From a virus, in UHGV virus genome UHGV-0061378: 40,142 nt of DNA; one strand, written 5' to 3'. Below are positions 1 through 10,775 of the stretch, in pieces; the first letter of the stretch is position 1; every line of letters begins with the position of its first letter. The translations under genes and the position numbers were made by a program. Below the pieces are notes generated by a model that saw only the letters and a program-made list of their open reading frames with translations, was not told where the DNA came from and did no database searches.

Positions 1-49
1 TGACGGGTAAAAAGTGGATAAAATAATTTTACCCACCGGATTTTTACCC

Positions 50-1207
50 ATGCTCACCGTTAAGCAGATTGAAGCAGCAAAGCCGAAAGAAAAACCATAC
101 CGCCTTCTCGATGGTAATGGCCTGTACCTTTATGTCCCTGTATCAGGGAAAAAGGTATGGCAGCTTCGCTACAAGATTGACGGTAAGGAGAAAATCCTGA
201 CTGTCGGAAAATATCCGCTTATGACTTTGCAGGAAGCAAGGGATAAGGCATGGACTGCGAGGAAAGACATCTCGGTTGGCATCGATCCGGTAAAAGCGAA
301 AAAGGCTTCGTCTAACAACAATTCCTTTAGTGCGATTTACAAGGAATGGTACGAACACAAGAAGCAAGTCTGGTCAGTAGGGTATGCGACTGAACTTGCA
401 AAAATGTTTGATGACGACATTTTACCCATCATCGGCGGTCTTGAGATTCAGGATATTGAGCCGATGCAACTGCTGGAAGTAATCCGCAGATTTGAAGATC
501 GCGGTGCAATGGAGCGAGCCAACAAAGCCCGCAGAAGATGCGGCGAGGTTTTCCGTTACGCTATTGTCACTGGTAGGGCTAAATATAACCCGGCACCTGA
601 CCTTGCTGACGCCATGAAAGGATATCGCAAGAAGAACTTCCCGTTTTTACCTGCCGACCAGATCCCGGCATTCAACAAAGCACTGGCAACATTTTCAGGA
701 AGTATCGTATCGCTCATTGCGACCAAAGTTTTACGCTACACAGCCCTAAGAACGAAAGAGCTTCGCTCCATGCAATGGAAGAACGTCGATTTTGAAAACA
801 GGATTATCACTATCGACGCCAGTGTGATGAAGGGACGCAAGATTCATGTTGTCCCGATGTCGGACCAGGTGGTTGAACTTCTCACTACGCTAAGCTCCAT
901 CACTAAACCAGTATCAGAGTTTGTTTTTGCCGGGCGCAACGATAAGAAGAAGCCAATCTGCGAGAACGCGGTATTGCTTGTGATCAAACAAATCGGCTAT
1001 GAGGGTCTGGAAAGCGGTCACGGATTCAGGCATGAATTCAGCACAATTATGAACGAGCACGAATGGCCTGCTGACGCTATTGAAGTGCAACTGGCACATG
1101 CCAACGGCGGATCTGTGCGTGGAATTTACAACCATGCTCAGTATCTCGATAAGCGCAGAGAAATGATGCAGTGGTGGGCGGACTGGCTTGATGAAAAGGT
1201 TGAGTGA
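50..1207 (+). CDS. int: Tyrosine integrase, P4-like family
   Basis: Track ORF 14..1207 starts at GTG; first ATG at 50 gives N-terminus MLTVKQIEAAKPKEKPYRLLDGNGLYLYV, the typical P4-family integrase start. Sits beside the attP core and arm-type repeats. Confidence 0.85.
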   Translation: MLTVKQIEAAKPKEKPYRLLDGNGLYLYVPVSGKKVWQLRYKIDGKEKILTVGKYPLMTLQEARDKAWTARKDISVGIDPVKAKKASSNNNSFSAIYKEWYEHKKQVWSVGYATELAKMFDDDILPIIGGLEIQDIEPMQLLEVIRRFEDRGAMERANKARRRCGEVFRYAIVTGRAKYNPAPDLADAMKGYRKKNFPFLPADQIPAFNKALATFSGSIVSLIATKVLRYTALRTKELRSMQWKNVDFENRIITIDASVMKGRKIHVVPMSDQVVELLTTLSSITKPVSEFVFAGRNDKKKPICENAVLLVIKQIGYEGLESGHGFRHEFSTIMNEHEWPADAIEVQLAHANGGSVRGIYNHAQYLDKRREMMQWWADWLDEKVE

Positions 1208-1224
1208 ACGACATTATGAACAAC

Positions 1225-1265
1225 AGGAGAACACACAAAACCTCGCAAAAATTACAAAGATTTGT
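1225..1265. repeat. 10-bp inverted repeat (AACACACAAA / TTTGTGTGTT) between convergent int and tailspike genes
   Basis: Read directly in the 81-bp int/tailspike intergenic region; possible bidirectional transcription stop, no clean U-tract. Confidence 0.4.
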
Positions 1266-1288
1266 GTGTTAGTACTTATCATTGCGAT

Positions 1289-3235
1289 TTAAAGAATAAT
1301 TCTTTCAACCTTCCAAGTTGCAGATCTACTTCCTGAAATTCCAACTCCATTTGAATCTTTGAGAAGAATTCTAAATGATGTTTCTGTTACCAAATCATAC
1401 GTTACATTTATTGCTGCGCCATCTCCTATCGATATTGAGATAAAATCAGGCACAACTCCAAGTCCGTGAGTTATTATTTGTCCATTTGAATAAACCCCAG
1501 TTCCTATTTTAGTCGTTGCATACCCGGCATTGTTTGCAAGGACAACATTAACCGAATTTGCTCCTAATTTAGCAATCTTCCTATCAGATGAAATCTCTGT
1601 AGATTGTATTGCATTATTTGAAATAACTGCATCTTTTATAGCCCTGAAATCTCCAGGTGTTCCTGATACAGCATTAACAAGTATTGCATACTGCATACTT
1701 CTATCACTTCTTTTATTGCCGAAAGCATTACCGCAAATTGTTGTCCCGGTAAATCCAGATGCTCCCGTGTTATCAAGAAGAATTCCGCACCTATATGTAT
1801 TTGATGTATCAGAAGGCAAACCTATACCTCTTATGGAATTATTGGATACTATATTATTATCTGGCTTGACATTTGCATTATTGCAGTAAATGCGAATTCC
1901 AACATCACAAAATGCATCTAATACATTATCAGATATAACATTACCCGCTCCCCACACATCAATACCCATAAACGAATCAGCACCATCTCCAAAAAATTTA
2001 TTTTGAGTAACTATTGTTCCGCTACCCCTAATCAATATAGCAGGCCTTGGAATGCTTGAAGTCTTTTTGCTATCATTGTAGCCATGATTATCGTTTATAT
2101 GAGATTCCCCCCCCGCACTATCTATGCAGCAATTACACGAATCTATTATATTTTTATTTATCCTTACATAGACAGAATCGTGTTTTATACCTGTAATAAA
2201 ATTTGATATGGAATTTGATACAAAACTAGTTGCCTTACATGGCAATGAAACGCCATGTATAGCGTCCTTAGACGCTCCTATGGCAACAAAATGTATCCCT
2301 GTAACAATTGCTGGGTTCTCATTAGATGATGTGTCACCTATGGTAATAGCAAAAGAATTCTCATCTTCAGGACCATCAATTGTTAATATCGTTTGTGGCG
2401 TATATCCTTGAGATATTTGCGATCCATTTCCTGAACCAAACCCTCTCATACTTACAAAAGATGGGATTCTTAGTTTTTCTGTTACTCTACAGTTGCCCCC
2501 CCAAAAAAATTCCTCTTTAACATGGGCAGCGGCCAGCATGATTGGAATTGTATCATCTTTAACTCCATCAAGCGTCGCTCCATAATTTCTAAGGTCATTG
2601 GTTTCATACCCATTTAAATAACCAATACATCTCCATCCTGTTGAGGTATATCTGGCAAATTTATCATCTGGGGGAACAGTAAAAGGAGGAACTGTCATTT
2701 CTCCTCCAGTTATTTCATTTTCATATACCCAAAACAACCCATCATAATCTTTGATTGCGCATCGGTTGTCACGAATGATATTTTGCTTGTCATAGTTCCC
2801 ACAATATGAAAAACCAGTTGCTAATTTCTGTAGATTTGTTCCTGATGCTGAGTTTATTAATGATGCGCCATTTTCGCTAGTTAATACATTATTTAGAGGG
2901 TCAGGATCATACTTCAGCACATTAGGAAAATAGAACTGCTGCGCACCGTACGCATCATAAACAGCCATAGAATGGCCTTGCACGGTTACGAATTTGGCAA
3001 TCTGTCCGTTATATACCGGATATCCGGCAGCGTTAATGATTATTGGTTGCGAAACAGGAACGTGAGAACCGTCTTCGTTCTCCACATAAACCTGAATCTG
3101 GTTTTCAGGATTTACAGGGTCAGTGTCAATTTTACCGATATAAATTTTGCCATTGGCAACCGCTTTAAAAGAACGCGCCATAGTGAAAAGTTGCGAAGGC
3201 ATCGATACGATCACATTGGCTGTAATGTCTGTCAT
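1289..3235 (-). CDS. Tailspike protein: P22 gp9-type head-binding N-domain fused to a divergent receptor-binding domain
   Basis: 648 aa. First ~110 aa ([46 protein letters not shown]...) match the remembered P22 tailspike N-terminus; the remainder is not P22-like and looks AT-rich by eye. Confidence 0.9.
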   Translation of the reverse strand: MTDITANVIVSMPSQLFTMARSFKAVANGKIYIGKIDTDPVNPENQIQVYVENEDGSHVPVSQPIIINAAGYPVYNGQIAKFVTVQGHSMAVYDAYGAQQFYFPNVLKYDPDPLNNVLTSENGASLINSASGTNLQKLATGFSYCGNYDKQNIIRDNRCAIKDYDGLFWVYENEITGGEMTVPPFTVPPDDKFARYTSTGWRCIGYLNGYETNDLRNYGATLDGVKDDTIPIMLAAAHVKEEFFWGGNCRVTEKLRIPSFVSMRGFGSGNGSQISQGYTPQTILTIDGPEDENSFAITIGDTSSNENPAIVTGIHFVAIGASKDAIHGVSLPCKATSFVSNSISNFITGIKHDSVYVRINKNIIDSCNCCIDSAGGESHINDNHGYNDSKKTSSIPRPAILIRGSGTIVTQNKFFGDGADSFMGIDVWGAGNVISDNVLDAFCDVGIRIYCNNANVKPDNNIVSNNSIRGIGLPSDTSNTYRCGILLDNTGASGFTGTTICGNAFGNKRSDRSMQYAILVNAVSGTPGDFRAIKDAVISNNAIQSTEISSDRKIAKLGANSVNVVLANNAGYATTKIGTGVYSNGQIITHGLGVVPDFISISIGDGAAINVTYDLVTETSFRILLKDSNGVGISGSRSATWKVERIIL

Positions 3236-3292
3236 TTAATTTGCTCCAGATACAATGAATCGCCGCAGCGTGGCCACGGTGAATTTTGGGCA

Positions 3293-3316
3293 TAAAAAAA
3301 CCCAGCCGAAGCTGGG
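3293..3316 (-). terminator. Rho-independent terminator downstream of ant
   Basis: Minus strand reads CCCAGC-TTCG-GCTGGG followed by TTTTTTTAT. Confidence 0.7.
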
Positions 3317-3335
3317 TCGTTGCGTTGGTTATCTG

Positions 3336-4214
3336 TCAGTAGTTATGTACTGAAGGAGGTAATTCTTTATTCTTAAGTCTCATCCATGCGGAAAGATTCG
3401 TTGGTCCGTCTGGCTCATTAATATCAACATCTCGTGTGTGATTGATTAAAACGTCTCTCGCCATTCCGATAACATACGAGAACTCATGACCGTAGTCGTA
3501 GCATCTGCCGGAATAGTTCGATTGAATTTGTTTTAATGCCGGATACAGTTCGCGGAATAATGCCTGTGAACGGTTAGCATAATCCCATAGCCATACAAGG
3601 CTGTTTGCTTCTTTTTCAGAAAGCTCGTTTGCTTTCTTCTCTTGTTTGCCGACAAACTCGCCTTCAAGCACTACCCTGTGGATGTACTCTACGGCCAGCG
3701 GGATTTGTTCAATTGAAAGTTCATCAATGCTGTCAATACCAAAACGCTGATGAACCATATTGTATGCATCGTCATAGCGAAGTCCTTTCTTTCCTACCAG
3801 CATGTTTACTGCATCGCGTAGCGGCGTTCTTTCCTCAACAGTGGTTTTCTTGCCTTTCACATACTCGCCATGTTTGCGAATTGAAGGTAGAACTTCTGCT
3901 GTTACCCACTTGCGGAATTTGTGCGGGACCGAACCTTTATTGACAGCATCGCGGCAGCGCAGAACCAATGTATACATACCTGATTCGCTAACAATGCTTA
4001 GATTCTGCTCACCACCAAGGGTGTAACTTAAAGTTACTCCCTTTTCATCGTCATCAAGTGCAGTAAGCGCCTTGCGTGAGTTAGTCAGGGTTAAAGCATC
4101 ACAAACATCTTTTGCTACAAACCACGGCTCACCGCATTTGTTGATGACGCGGATTTCACTGTCGCCGAATTTGAAGATGGTGAAATCGTTTTGTGCCTTT
4201 GCTATACTTTTCAT
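3336..4214 (-). CDS. ant: Antirepressor with BRO-N type N-terminal domain
   Basis: Sits in the ant position of the immI region; start at internal ATG 4214 ([11 protein letters not shown]...) with AGGAAA SD, not the track start at 4280. Domain call from memory of BRO-N antirepressors. Confidence 0.75.
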   Translation of the reverse strand: MKSIAKAQNDFTIFKFGDSEIRVINKCGEPWFVAKDVCDALTLTNSRKALTALDDDEKGVTLSYTLGGEQNLSIVSESGMYTLVLRCRDAVNKGSVPHKFRKWVTAEVLPSIRKHGEYVKGKKTTVEERTPLRDAVNMLVGKKGLRYDDAYNMVHQRFGIDSIDELSIEQIPLAVEYIHRVVLEGEFVGKQEKKANELSEKEANSLVWLWDYANRSQALFRELYPALKQIQSNYSGRCYDYGHEFSYVIGMARDVLINHTRDVDINEPDGPTNLSAWMRLKNKELPPSVHNY

Positions 4215-4282
4215 GTCAATATTTCCTAATCCGATTTGTTGATACCGAAGCCCTGACTGTTCCCGCAGTTGGGGCTTCAACT

Positions 4283-4444
4283 TTACTCGCCAATGCGCCC
4301 TTCCTTCTTAAAGCTTTCCATTACTCTCTGATAAATCTCAGAGTTAACAGACCGACAATTCTCTTCCGCCACCTTGCGTACCAAATCCAATACTTCTTTA
4401 GGCCACCGCAAATTGAACTGCGGCATCTTGCTCATTCCTTTCAT
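4283..4444 (-). CDS. arc: Arc repressor (ribbon-helix-helix)
   Basis: 53 aa [53 protein letters not shown], near-identical to remembered P22 Arc; GAGGTG SD before ATG 4444. Confidence 0.93.
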   Translation of the reverse strand: MKGMSKMPQFNLRWPKEVLDLVRKVAEENCRSVNSEIYQRVMESFKKEGRIGE

Positions 4445-4460
4445 ATTCACCTCACAATAT

Positions 4461-4477
4461 AGGTCCACCGTGGACCT
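4461..4477. promoter_or_regulatory. Mnt operator (17-bp palindrome AGGTCCACCGTGGACCT)
   Basis: Perfect palindrome in the arc/mnt divergent promoter region; matches the remembered P22 Omnt. Confidence 0.8.
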
Positions 4478-4486
4478 ATTGAGAAT

Positions 4487-4507
4487 ATAGTAGAGTGCTT
4501 CTATCAT
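4487..4507. promoter_or_regulatory. Arc operator (ATAGTAGAGTGCTTCTATCAT)
   Basis: Reverse complement ATGATAGAAGCACTCTACTAT matches the remembered P22 arc operator; lies between arc and mnt. Confidence 0.8.
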
Positions 4508-4534
4508 GTCAATACACTAACTTGGAGTGATGGC

Positions 4535-4786
4535 ATGGCTAGAGATGATCCGCACTTTAACTTCCGTATGCCTATGGAAGTAAGGGAGAAATTAAAATTC
4601 AGGGCGGAGGCGAATGGGAGATCAATGAACTCCGAGTTGTTACAAATCGTCCAAGATGCTCTATCAAAACCATCGCCTGTGACTGGATATCGCGACGATG
4701 CAGAACGACTCGCTGATGAGCAGTCCGAACTTGTTAAGAAGATGGTGTTTGATACGCTGAAGGATTTGTACAAAAAACCCACCTGA
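4535..4786 (+). CDS. mnt: Mnt repressor
   Basis: 83 aa MARDDPHFNFRMPMEVREKLKFRAEANGRSMNSELLQIVQDALSKPSP..., near-identical to remembered P22 Mnt. Confidence 0.93.
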   Translation: MARDDPHFNFRMPMEVREKLKFRAEANGRSMNSELLQIVQDALSKPSPVTGYRDDAERLADEQSELVKKMVFDTLKDLYKKPT

Positions 4787-4793
4787 CGGTGGG
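4778..4793. terminator. Bidirectional hairpin terminator between convergent mnt and the 337-aa gene
   Basis: CCCACC-TGAC-GGTGGG; the minus-strand reading is followed by TTTTTTG, the plus-strand reading by a weaker T-rich tail. Confidence 0.6.
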
Positions 4794-4799
4794 TTACTG

Positions 4800-5813
4800 T
4801 TACTTGTCTGAATCATCCAGTTCGTCTGTTTTCACATCCTCAAACCTTGGATGCAGGCGATTCATTTTTGCAATAAAATCTGAATAGTCGTTAGATAGCT
4901 TCATAATCGTAACGGTTGATGACAGATGCTCTCTTAATTTTTGATATCCAATATTTGGCGTCAGCCCCTGAAACAACTTTGTACCTTTTGAGGCCTTTAC
5001 GTTCTGCTTTTTAAGCTCCTCAAGGATGTTTGGTGCCAATCTCTTGTAGACGATATCATTTGTCAAAACGCCAAAATACTGAGGCCGGAAGCGGGGATTT
5101 TCCGGCGGGTATTCTAAGCCCCTTAACCTGAAAAGCTCTTCATAATAATCAGCAGGAAATGTTGTAATATAAGGTTGAATTTCCTTTGCGACAAAGGCCT
5201 CGAGTATTTTGGCGAGTGCATCTTTTTCTCTATCTCGCTGGTACCCCGTCGCTTCATCAACAAGCGCTATTATTCCGACTTTAGCTAATGAGCGCACCAG
5301 AATTTCAGCTTTCTTGGCTGTCTCTAACTGGTTTGGCCTGGTGATAGCGCCTGCCTCTCTTGCCTTTAAATAAACATCGCAGACAAGAGGTATTATGGAT
5401 GCGTCATAACCTTCCTGGACGGAGCCAGTAATCGTCTTGTATTTGACCTTATTGATCACATCCATAACATCTTGATTTATATATTTTTTAAGGTTTGCAG
5501 CATCCATAAAAGCGGGCATATTGATCACCCCCTCTTCTTGAGGTGCTCTACCCCCTCTTTGTGGTCGGCCAAATGCTTTAAAAACAGAAGCTTGTGATAT
5601 GATACGCCGTCCATTTTCGAGAACCGCGACATCTAATTCCGCATCACCGATCTTTAACTTTCCCTCATTCGCAGATACGGGCAATAAAGCTTTTTCTTTT
5701 TTTGCGGCAACAGCCTTTCTTGAGGATTCTTTTCTTTGCTCTGCTGTCATTTTTGCCGCGCGTGCCTTACCGCCTTTGGCCTTCCCACTAACATCATCAT
5801 TTTTCATGAGCAT
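4800..5813 (-). CDS. Hypothetical protein with Lys/Ala-rich N-terminal tail (possibly P63C-domain-like), in the sieA hotspot
   Basis: Long ORF; track start at 5867 is TTG, first ATG at 5813 (MLMKNDDVSGKAKGGKARAAK...). Domain assignment is an unverified recollection. Confidence 0.6.
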   Translation of the reverse strand: MLMKNDDVSGKAKGGKARAAKMTAEQRKESSRKAVAAKKEKALLPVSANEGKLKIGDAELDVAVLENGRRIISQASVFKAFGRPQRGGRAPQEEGVINMPAFMDAANLKKYINQDVMDVINKVKYKTITGSVQEGYDASIIPLVCDVYLKAREAGAITRPNQLETAKKAEILVRSLAKVGIIALVDEATGYQRDREKDALAKILEAFVAKEIQPYITTFPADYYEELFRLRGLEYPPENPRFRPQYFGVLTNDIVYKRLAPNILEELKKQNVKASKGTKLFQGLTPNIGYQKLREHLSSTVTIMKLSNDYSDFIAKMNRLHPRFEDVKTDELDDSDK

Positions 5814-5847
5814 ATCTCGTGTTGTGATTGATAAGTCAATCATACAC

Positions 5848-5865
5848 ATGCACGTTGTAACGTGC
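5848..5865. promoter_or_regulatory. 18-bp perfect palindrome TGCACGTTGTAACGTGCA plus extra half-site (candidate operator)
   Basis: Read directly in the divergent intergenic region between 4800..5813(-) and 5967..6356(+); a third TGCACGT copy lies at 5878..5884. Confidence 0.5.
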
Positions 5866-5966
5866 AATATTTAAATATGCACGTAAATTGCAAATCAGAT
5901 AATGAGGAGACTTTCTCCCCCTTGCACTGACATCATGGTATTCTGCTCAAAACTAAGGAGGTTGGT

Positions 5967-6356
5967 GTGAAGCCATTTCTTGCTGCTATGTTCTTATTCA
6001 TATCTTTTGGGGCTACAGCAGAGTGCTGGGTCGTTGGAGATATGCGCGGAATAAGCTATTCAGAACGAAATAATTTCCATCCGGAAGAAGATGGTTTTAG
6101 TGGAACATTCATCATTAAGACAAGCGGTGAAGATGCCAGCATCACATATTCTGGGACAGATGCGGGCGGCATGGCTTACAAAGCATTGTCTAAAAACTCC
6201 ATCATAGGAATCGGCGCGAATGGCGAAACTCAACGCGTTATCGACTCATGGGTAATACATCCTACTGGAACAGTTTTAATGTCAAAAACCATTTCCGGTT
6301 ATGGAAATATGGATTCAACCAAAGCTTTTGTTGGAAAAGTAAAAAGAAAATGTTAG
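5967..6356 (+). CDS. Small secreted/periplasmic protein with cleavable signal peptide (moron)
   Basis: GTG start 5 nt after a strong SD (TAAGGAGG); N-terminus MKPFLAAMFLFISFGATA-ECWVV looks like a Sec signal; opposite strand to the late operon; AT-rich by eye. Confidence 0.65.
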   Translation: MKPFLAAMFLFISFGATAECWVVGDMRGISYSERNNFHPEEDGFSGTFIIKTSGEDASITYSGTDAGGMAYKALSKNSIIGIGANGETQRVIDSWVIHPTGTVLMSKTISGYGNMDSTKAFVGKVKRKC

Positions 6357-6380
6357 CGATTGAATCCAATTTCCCATACG

Positions 6381-8222
6381 TTACTGCTGTGTTGCCTCAG
6401 TAGCAAACAGCGGTCTGATGGCATTCGCAGCGTTATTTAGCGCTCTTTCATAGGCTGGTGTTCCTGCTTTGGTGTTTGCCAAACGAAGAAGCATATTCCT
6501 TGCGGCTTTGGACTCATACAAACGCATCATTGCACCAAAGCCAGCCTCAAGCCCCATTGATACTCCAAGAGTCGCAGTTGCGCCAATCGTCCTTATCCTG
6601 TTGGCTTGTGATTGCCCCGTCTGAGTTACTACATTTGCGGTGTCTGACCTTGCTGTTTGCTGTAGAACTTCATGAAGAGCATCAAGCTCTTTCATGTGCT
6701 TTCCAGAAAAAATAGTGTTGTAAATTTCACCGCCTGACTGAGATTTAAGCTTATTAACTTCAGTGATGAACTTGGCTGGAGAGTCACCGGCCTTTTCCGC
6801 TATTTTGCTGACGTAAGCTGCACGCATAGCATCTTTCCCTTTATCATCCAATGCGCTCCAGATTCGTTTCACGTCAGATGGCTTTCTGCTTAATACAACG
6901 GTATTTATAAGTTCAGGACTGGCTTCACTGCTTGCCTTGTTGAGCTTGTTAGCAATGTTTTTATTAAGCACCTTATTATAAACGTTTGCATAATCGGAGT
7001 TTGCTTTAAGGTATTTTGCTGCGTCTGATGCACCGAGGTTTTTTGCAACTGCGTTACGAAGATCTTTTGACATTGCATTCTCTACCATATTGGTAGCTGC
7101 TTTTGCCTGGTTGGGGAAGACCATAGCATCTCCCTGAACATTGGATCTAAATGCTGTTCTGTGCTGACGCAAGAGATCAAACGTAACATCCAAATCAGTT
7201 GCAGGGTTTGCTAATTCTTCACGTAGGTTACGCAAGGATGTAAGCAAGCTTTGATTGGCAGACGTCCCAAGCCGTTCCTGTCTTGCGATCGCTGTATTCA
7301 GAGCATTCATGGTATTTGTGGTATCAACTGCGGCATTACCCATTTTATTGGTGACGTCATTGATAACAGCGCCAGCGGCATCCTTCCGTCCCCTTAACGT
7401 GGTGGTCAGAGATTTCACCACATCATCAGGGTTGTACTCACCAAAACGGTCAAAATAATTGCTTACCAGCTTACTACGCGTTGCATATTGCTCCGCTCGC
7501 TTTGAGCCTGTCCCGAGCAAAGCCCCCTCAGCATCCTGAGTAAGTCCGCGAGTGAAAGCATTTTTCGGCGGGATAACATCAGATGTCATTGGTGTCACGC
7601 CCATCGATTCTGATGTGGCAATTTTCTTCGCCACTTCTGGCGCAATATCACCTTTTATAGCCGTTATTCCACGCCCTATTCCCTTTGCTGCTGCGGAAAG
7701 AACACCCTGAGCGGCAAGGTTAACTCCGGCATTTTTAGCTGCATTTTGTGCGAAATCACCTTTCTGATTTGCGGCCTCTGCCAGTGATCCAATAGCCATG
7801 CTTCCTGCCGTTCCAACTCCTGGAACTAAATACCCGCCAATTGTTTCTCCAGCTTGAGCGTAGGGGTCTGTCGGTCTGTCTACTGGACGATAGACATCAT
7901 CCAATACTTTTGGCCCACCAAGCCCCTGACTGATTGCATTAATCAGACTTGCGCCACCCTGCAATACGTCAAATGGTATGTTTACCAGACCACGACCAGC
8001 CTGTTCTGCAATTTGCCCTGCACTTTGACCACCAGTGAGCCAATCGCCAGCTTGTTGCATCAATGATGGTTCTTCCCGTGTTGGTGCATTATTGTCCTGA
8101 TTAACTGTTTTTTGCTGAACAGCCTGACCAGCAAAATACTCATCAATGGCGGTGCCAATATCTTCCGTGCTCGTACCATCAGGGAAGGTAAATGTCTTAC
8201 CGTTTGCAGTTACTTTCATCAT
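6381..8222 (-). CDS. Ejection (internal virion) protein, P22 gp16-like
   Basis: 613 aa in the conserved gp7-gp20-gp16 order and size (P22 gp16 about 609 aa); start overlaps the gp20 stop (ATGA). Confidence 0.8.
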   Translation of the reverse strand: MMKVTANGKTFTFPDGTSTEDIGTAIDEYFAGQAVQQKTVNQDNNAPTREEPSLMQQAGDWLTGGQSAGQIAEQAGRGLVNIPFDVLQGGASLINAISQGLGGPKVLDDVYRPVDRPTDPYAQAGETIGGYLVPGVGTAGSMAIGSLAEAANQKGDFAQNAAKNAGVNLAAQGVLSAAAKGIGRGITAIKGDIAPEVAKKIATSESMGVTPMTSDVIPPKNAFTRGLTQDAEGALLGTGSKRAEQYATRSKLVSNYFDRFGEYNPDDVVKSLTTTLRGRKDAAGAVINDVTNKMGNAAVDTTNTMNALNTAIARQERLGTSANQSLLTSLRNLREELANPATDLDVTFDLLRQHRTAFRSNVQGDAMVFPNQAKAATNMVENAMSKDLRNAVAKNLGASDAAKYLKANSDYANVYNKVLNKNIANKLNKASSEASPELINTVVLSRKPSDVKRIWSALDDKGKDAMRAAYVSKIAEKAGDSPAKFITEVNKLKSQSGGEIYNTIFSGKHMKELDALHEVLQQTARSDTANVVTQTGQSQANRIRTIGATATLGVSMGLEAGFGAMMRLYESKAARNMLLRLANTKAGTPAYERALNNAANAIRPLFATEATQQ

Positions 8223-9631
8223 TCCACCGTAAATTGAATGCCTGATTTTGAGGTATATGATCCAACCTGATTCCGTGGTTCTCCTGAAGGCGTCGAATCT
8301 TGTGCTGGCGCTGCGTCAGTATTCATTGACATATACCGCTTAACGGCACTCCCCAATGATTCACCTTTTTTAACATCCAACCCCAATATCTGACCGCCAT
8401 TACGCGATTGTCCAGGGTTGCCATTCGCGCTCATCCACTCGGCTTTAAACTCATTAAACTGCGCGTTTCGTCGCTCAAGGTTTGCCATTGCATCAAGCCA
8501 TCTTGCGACCGTCTCAGGGTTATCCATGTCAGTTGGCGCACCCTGTCGAACGATCTCAACGTCTTTATCCGTTGCTGGGCCTGGAGGTAGGAATTTAAGA
8601 ACCTGACTGTTAACAAGGGCATTTTGGCGAATGCGCAAATCACGCAATGTCGTATCACTTCCGGTAAGTTTTGCGAACATGTTCTGTGCGTTACCGAACA
8701 AACCTGTCGTTGGTTTTTCTGCTCTGAACTGTTGAGCAAGCGCACTCATAGAATTGGCTGAGTTTGATGATGCTGTGGCATTGTTTACAGCCGTCTCGAT
8801 ACCTTTTTCCATGTTTACTGACAGCTTAGGTGCTTCGCTAATCAACTGCTGAGCCTTTTCCTGCGCTTGCTGCATCTTAAACCCGAACTCTTGCTGATCC
8901 AGAGCCAAGCGTTGTGCTGCGATATTGTGCCCAGTCATTGCTGACTGATAGGAAAGGTTTTGCCCTCTCGCCTGAAGTGCTTCTCCAGCCTGATTGCTGC
9001 GGATTGTCTCTGCCAGTCTGCCTCGGTCAATCTCACGACCAGCCATCTTGTCCTGAACATTGAAGTAATCAATCGGACCAAGCGCAGCCATCCCAAGGTG
9101 ATCAACAAACTCACCAAATCCTGAAGGATTCTGCTGATACATCTGAGCAACGTTGTTAGGGTCAACACCGACGCGCGCCAGTTCCTTGGCGTTGTTTTGC
9201 AGCCATGATTGCATTGCTTCTGGAGACGAGGCCGCAAGGCGTGCGCCAGCCGCTAAGGTGCCGATAGAATTGCGCTGGTCTTCGTCTGCCCACTTCATAC
9301 CAGACTGAATCTTCTCTAATTGACCAGGATATTTGGTCATCAGATCTCGAACCTGCTGTCGATCACCTGACTGGATGGCTGCCGCATATTCTTTTTGGAA
9401 TGCAGCATCCGCTTCCTGTTGCTTTGCGGCTTGATATGTTTGAGCGACACTACCAAGCCCCTGCAACGCCTGAAGGCCGATGTTATTGCGACCTGAACGC
9501 TCCATTTCGTTGTTCTGGCGAATATAGGCCAACGCCTCACTTACATCACTTGCCTTTGGCGCATTTGAGTTTTGCCCACCGATACCAGCAAGAAAACCGC
9601 CTGAGTTGATTCCTTGTTGCCAAGTAGCCAT
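8219..9631 (-). CDS. Ejection protein, P22 gp20-like
   Basis: 470 aa (P22 gp20 about 471 aa), synteny. Confidence 0.8.
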   Translation of the reverse strand: MATWQQGINSGGFLAGIGGQNSNAPKASDVSEALAYIRQNNEMERSGRNNIGLQALQGLGSVAQTYQAAKQQEADAAFQKEYAAAIQSGDRQQVRDLMTKYPGQLEKIQSGMKWADEDQRNSIGTLAAGARLAASSPEAMQSWLQNNAKELARVGVDPNNVAQMYQQNPSGFGEFVDHLGMAALGPIDYFNVQDKMAGREIDRGRLAETIRSNQAGEALQARGQNLSYQSAMTGHNIAAQRLALDQQEFGFKMQQAQEKAQQLISEAPKLSVNMEKGIETAVNNATASSNSANSMSALAQQFRAEKPTTGLFGNAQNMFAKLTGSDTTLRDLRIRQNALVNSQVLKFLPPGPATDKDVEIVRQGAPTDMDNPETVARWLDAMANLERRNAQFNEFKAEWMSANGNPGQSRNGGQILGLDVKKGESLGSAVKRYMSMNTDAAPAQDSTPSGEPRNQVGSYTSKSGIQFTVE

Positions 9632-9640
9632 ATTCCCACC

Positions 9641-10321
9641 TTAAAACAATGATCCAAGACCACCGATAACACCGCCAGCAAGAGCACCAATACCAGTCCC
9701 AATAACAGGAACTGCACTACCAATCATTGCACCTGATGCGGCCCCACCAATGGCACCTGTAGCAAAACTCTGTAGGCCTGAAGGCTTATTGGCATTTGCT
9801 GCCGCTGCCGCCGCCTGCTGTTGATACAACTGGCTGACGTTGTTAGCGTAGTTCTGCCCGGCGTTTGCCTGACCTGTAAGAGCACCAAGGCCGATATTTG
9901 CCAGATTGTTGTAGTTGTTCATCTGACCTGACAGCCAGTTTTGACCGAGTGTAGGTGCGATTGCTGCTAACTGGTTTCCTGTTGCTGTAGAGCCTAATCC
10001 ACCCGTTGCCTCTGCTGCTGCCAGACTCTGATAGCGCGCCTGCCCTGCAAGGTCTTTATACTGCTGGGAGTTGTAATACTGGTTAAGCTCCTGACCTTGC
10101 CCCTGAAGAGAGGAAAGATTCTGCAACTGTGATACGTACTGCTGAGCGAGCGGCGTGAACGGTGCAAGGTTCTGCATGTTCGTTTGCCACATTTCACGCT
10201 GCAATTCGATGCCCTTTTCAGTTGCGCGTGCCTGGGCTTTAGAGCCTGAGTCGCTGCCGCCTTTCATATACCCATTCATGGGAAGCAATTTATTCTTGAA
10301 GCTTTCGCTAAGTACTAACAT
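9641..10321 (-). CDS. Ejection protein, P22 gp7-like
   Basis: 226 aa (P22 gp7 about 229 aa), Gly/Ala/Gln-rich; GAGGAG SD before ATG 10321. Confidence 0.75.
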   Translation of the reverse strand: MLVLSESFKNKLLPMNGYMKGGSDSGSKAQARATEKGIELQREMWQTNMQNLAPFTPLAQQYVSQLQNLSSLQGQGQELNQYYNSQQYKDLAGQARYQSLAAAEATGGLGSTATGNQLAAIAPTLGQNWLSGQMNNYNNLANIGLGALTGQANAGQNYANNVSQLYQQQAAAAAANANKPSGLQSFATGAIGGAASGAMIGSAVPVIGTGIGALAGGVIGGLGSLF

Positions 10322-10775
10322 TTAATAGCTCCTCATATTTCGAACGAGGTAATTGATAGAGGGTGATTCCAACCGGTTTTCCGTTACTCATGTAAGAATC
10401 ATCAAGGTGACCAACACGGGTAGCGCCAAGCAAACGGATAATTGCCCGTCCGTATTTCGTTGTGTCAGGAACCATAGTGATGCTGTTAAGGAATGGTGAG
10501 TTTTCGAGAAGCCATTTGCAGAATAATCGATGCCCTTGCAGTGCATATTCGCCACGGAATCCGGGGTCATACACCGCATGGCATTCCACAACGCTATGCC
10601 AGAAGTTACGCACTTCATGAACTCCAGCCAGCACTAATCCTTCGTAGATGCCGAGGTATACCGCATCAGGCTTGATGTAGTATTTATCTCCACTGTCTAC
10701 GATATTTCCCGTGTTTGCCGGGTTGTTGAGGAATTCTGCAAGCTTCACCGGATTATCGATGAGCTTTATTTCCAT
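10308..10775 (-). CDS. P22 gp14-position protein
   Basis: 155 aa from ATG 10775, coupled to the gp26 stop (ATGA); assignment by position between the tail needle and gp7. Confidence 0.6.
   Translation of the reverse strand: MEIKLIDNPVKLAEFLNNPANTGNIVDSGDKYYIKPDAVYLGIYEGLVLAGVHEVRNFWHSVVECHAVYDPGFRGEYALQGHRLFCKWLLENSPFLNSITMVPDTTKYGRAIIRLLGATRVGHLDDSYMSNGKPVGITLYQLPRSKYEELLNVST

Noticed and set aside
1530-3295. Plus-strand ORFs (119, 67 and 107 aa) antisense to the tailspike gene
   Set aside because: They are fully nested antisense to a well-supported long CDS and lack SD sequences; the same applies to the many short antisense ORFs inside other late genes.
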